A DNA stretch of 64,000 nt, from NCBI GenBank assembly GCA_964016885.1, contig OZ024740.1, positions 124,806,001 through 124,870,000 of the forward strand, written 5' to 3'. A program made the translations under genes and the position numbers. This stretch comes from Eledone cirrhosa (Eukaryota). Shown piece by piece: positions 62,596 to 64,000 of the stretch (positions within the stretch are counted from its first letter, which is position 1; each line of letters opens with the position of its first letter). Below the pieces are notes generated by a model, which made no database searches, had not been told where the DNA came from, and saw nothing but the letters and a program-made list of their open reading frames with translations.

Positions 62596-63860
62596 ACATA
62601 GTTTGGATATGGGGCAGAGGATAAAGTTTCTACCTACACCTTTCCTACATACTGAACATGGCCATTTCTCAGAAGGGATCTGGGTTCTGTTTTCTCTACT
62701 ACTTATGAGGAACTTAGTCTTTGTCAGGTTGACTTTAAGACTCCTTTTTTCTAGGCCCTGCTTCCATGTTTGGAATTTCTTCTCTACTTCCACCATAGAT
62801 TCAGCTATGAGTGTAAGTAGTATATGATCACAGGAAACAAGCATTACAAAATTCTTGGAGGGCTCTGTACAAACAGTAGACAGTTTCTGCTACCTAGATG
62901 ACTGAATTAGCAGTGGTGGTGGGTGTTCTGAAAGTAAAGTAGCCAGTTTAAGAACAGGATTAAGGAATTTCAGGGAGCTAATACAGCTGGCTACATAAGG
63001 ATTCTCTCTCTGAATGAAAGACAGACTGTATGATGCGTGTATACAAACAGCTATGTTGCATGGTAGTGAGTGCTGTGTGCAGAAGACTTGTATAGATTGG
63101 AAATAAATAAAGCTTGCATGCTCCGATGGTTGTGTAATAGTAGTATACAAGAACAGGGAAGCATAAATGAACTGAGTGAGGATCTAGGCATAAGAGTAAT
63201 CAAATGCTGTGAAATGGAGAGGAGTTTGCGTTGGCATGGACATGTAATGTGTATGAAGGATGACAGCTGCATAAAAAAGTGCAGAGCACTCAAAGTCGGC
63301 GGAAGCCTTGGAGTGCGGAGAACCAGGAAGACTTGGGATGAGGTGATAAAAGTCGACCATGCCCAATTGTACCTCTCAAAGATGATGACACAGGACCGTG
63401 ACCTCTGGCAATACGCAGCAAGACAGAAGACACAACTTCCCACGAGCACAAGCTGTAGCATATATATTATACAGTATGCCCCATCCCACCCTCCGATACA
63501 CCCTCCATGAAGACAGGCCAAAGTAAATGCATCCAGTTAAGCCCTCCGCCCACACTATAAAGTGTTTGTGATGGTGTCACAACAAAAAGTGCCCAGCCCA
63601 CACTGCAAAGTGGTTGTGTAGGTGTCACAACAAAAAGCACCAAGCCCAAACTGTAAAGTGGACATGTAGGCATCACAATAAAAATGCACCCAGTACTCAC
63701 TGTAAATGAGGTTGGCATTAGGAAGGGCTGTAGAAGCCAAGTCAGAATCAGTCCTGTATGAGCAGCATATGGTCACCTGACCTATCATTGCCCACAACAG
63801 GACAACCCATCAAACACATGCTAGAGTAGAAAATGGACGTAAGACGGAGGTGGTGATGAT
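62596..63860 (+). mobile_element. RTE copy with an inverted 5' segment (62596-62820 on minus; 62860-63860 on plus)
   Basis: Minus: LIAES..KWPCSVC..ILCP. Plus: VDSFCYL..LRWHGHV, then the 3' UTR repeats and a GAT tail. Confidence 0.8.
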
Positions 63861-64000
63861 ATAAGTATATACACATGAATATATATACATATCATTATAT
63901 ATGTGTATATATATTGTTATTATGGCCACCGGGCTTATACCTATTGGATTGGTATAACTTGATTTATTTTCTATTCGGTTACTTACATACATGTGCCATT

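Overview
This is an AT-rich animal genomic window with no recognisable host gene. The repeat types suggest a cephalopod/octopus-like genome, which is an inference. It is a dense landscape of non-LTR retroelements. (1) Two full-length L1/Tx1-clade LINEs of different families and five fragments, all ending in (ATT)n on their sense strand. (2) R4/Dong-type restriction-like-endonuclease LINEs of two families in the same (TAA)n tracts but on the opposite strand; with the Tx1 copies they form a ~19 kb nested array at 9.9-29.7 kb. (3) Many RTE-clade LINE copies with (GAT)n tails. (4) A decayed Penelope-like (Naiad-type) element, other PLE remnants and several hammerhead-ribozyme motifs, one inside a ~570 bp palindrome. 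(5) At least two tRNA-derived SINE families, a MITE and many microsatellites. Four observations stand out. An (ATT)n-targeting Tx1 lineage appears to have a partner SINE, sharing a 3' motif and 17-19 bp TSDs that begin ATTAT. A splice donor at the ORF1 end is conserved in both Tx1 families, and its use would fuse ORF1 in frame to ORF2. A SINE/Dong composite with an identical junction occurs twice. Several hammerhead motifs sit next to (TA)n.
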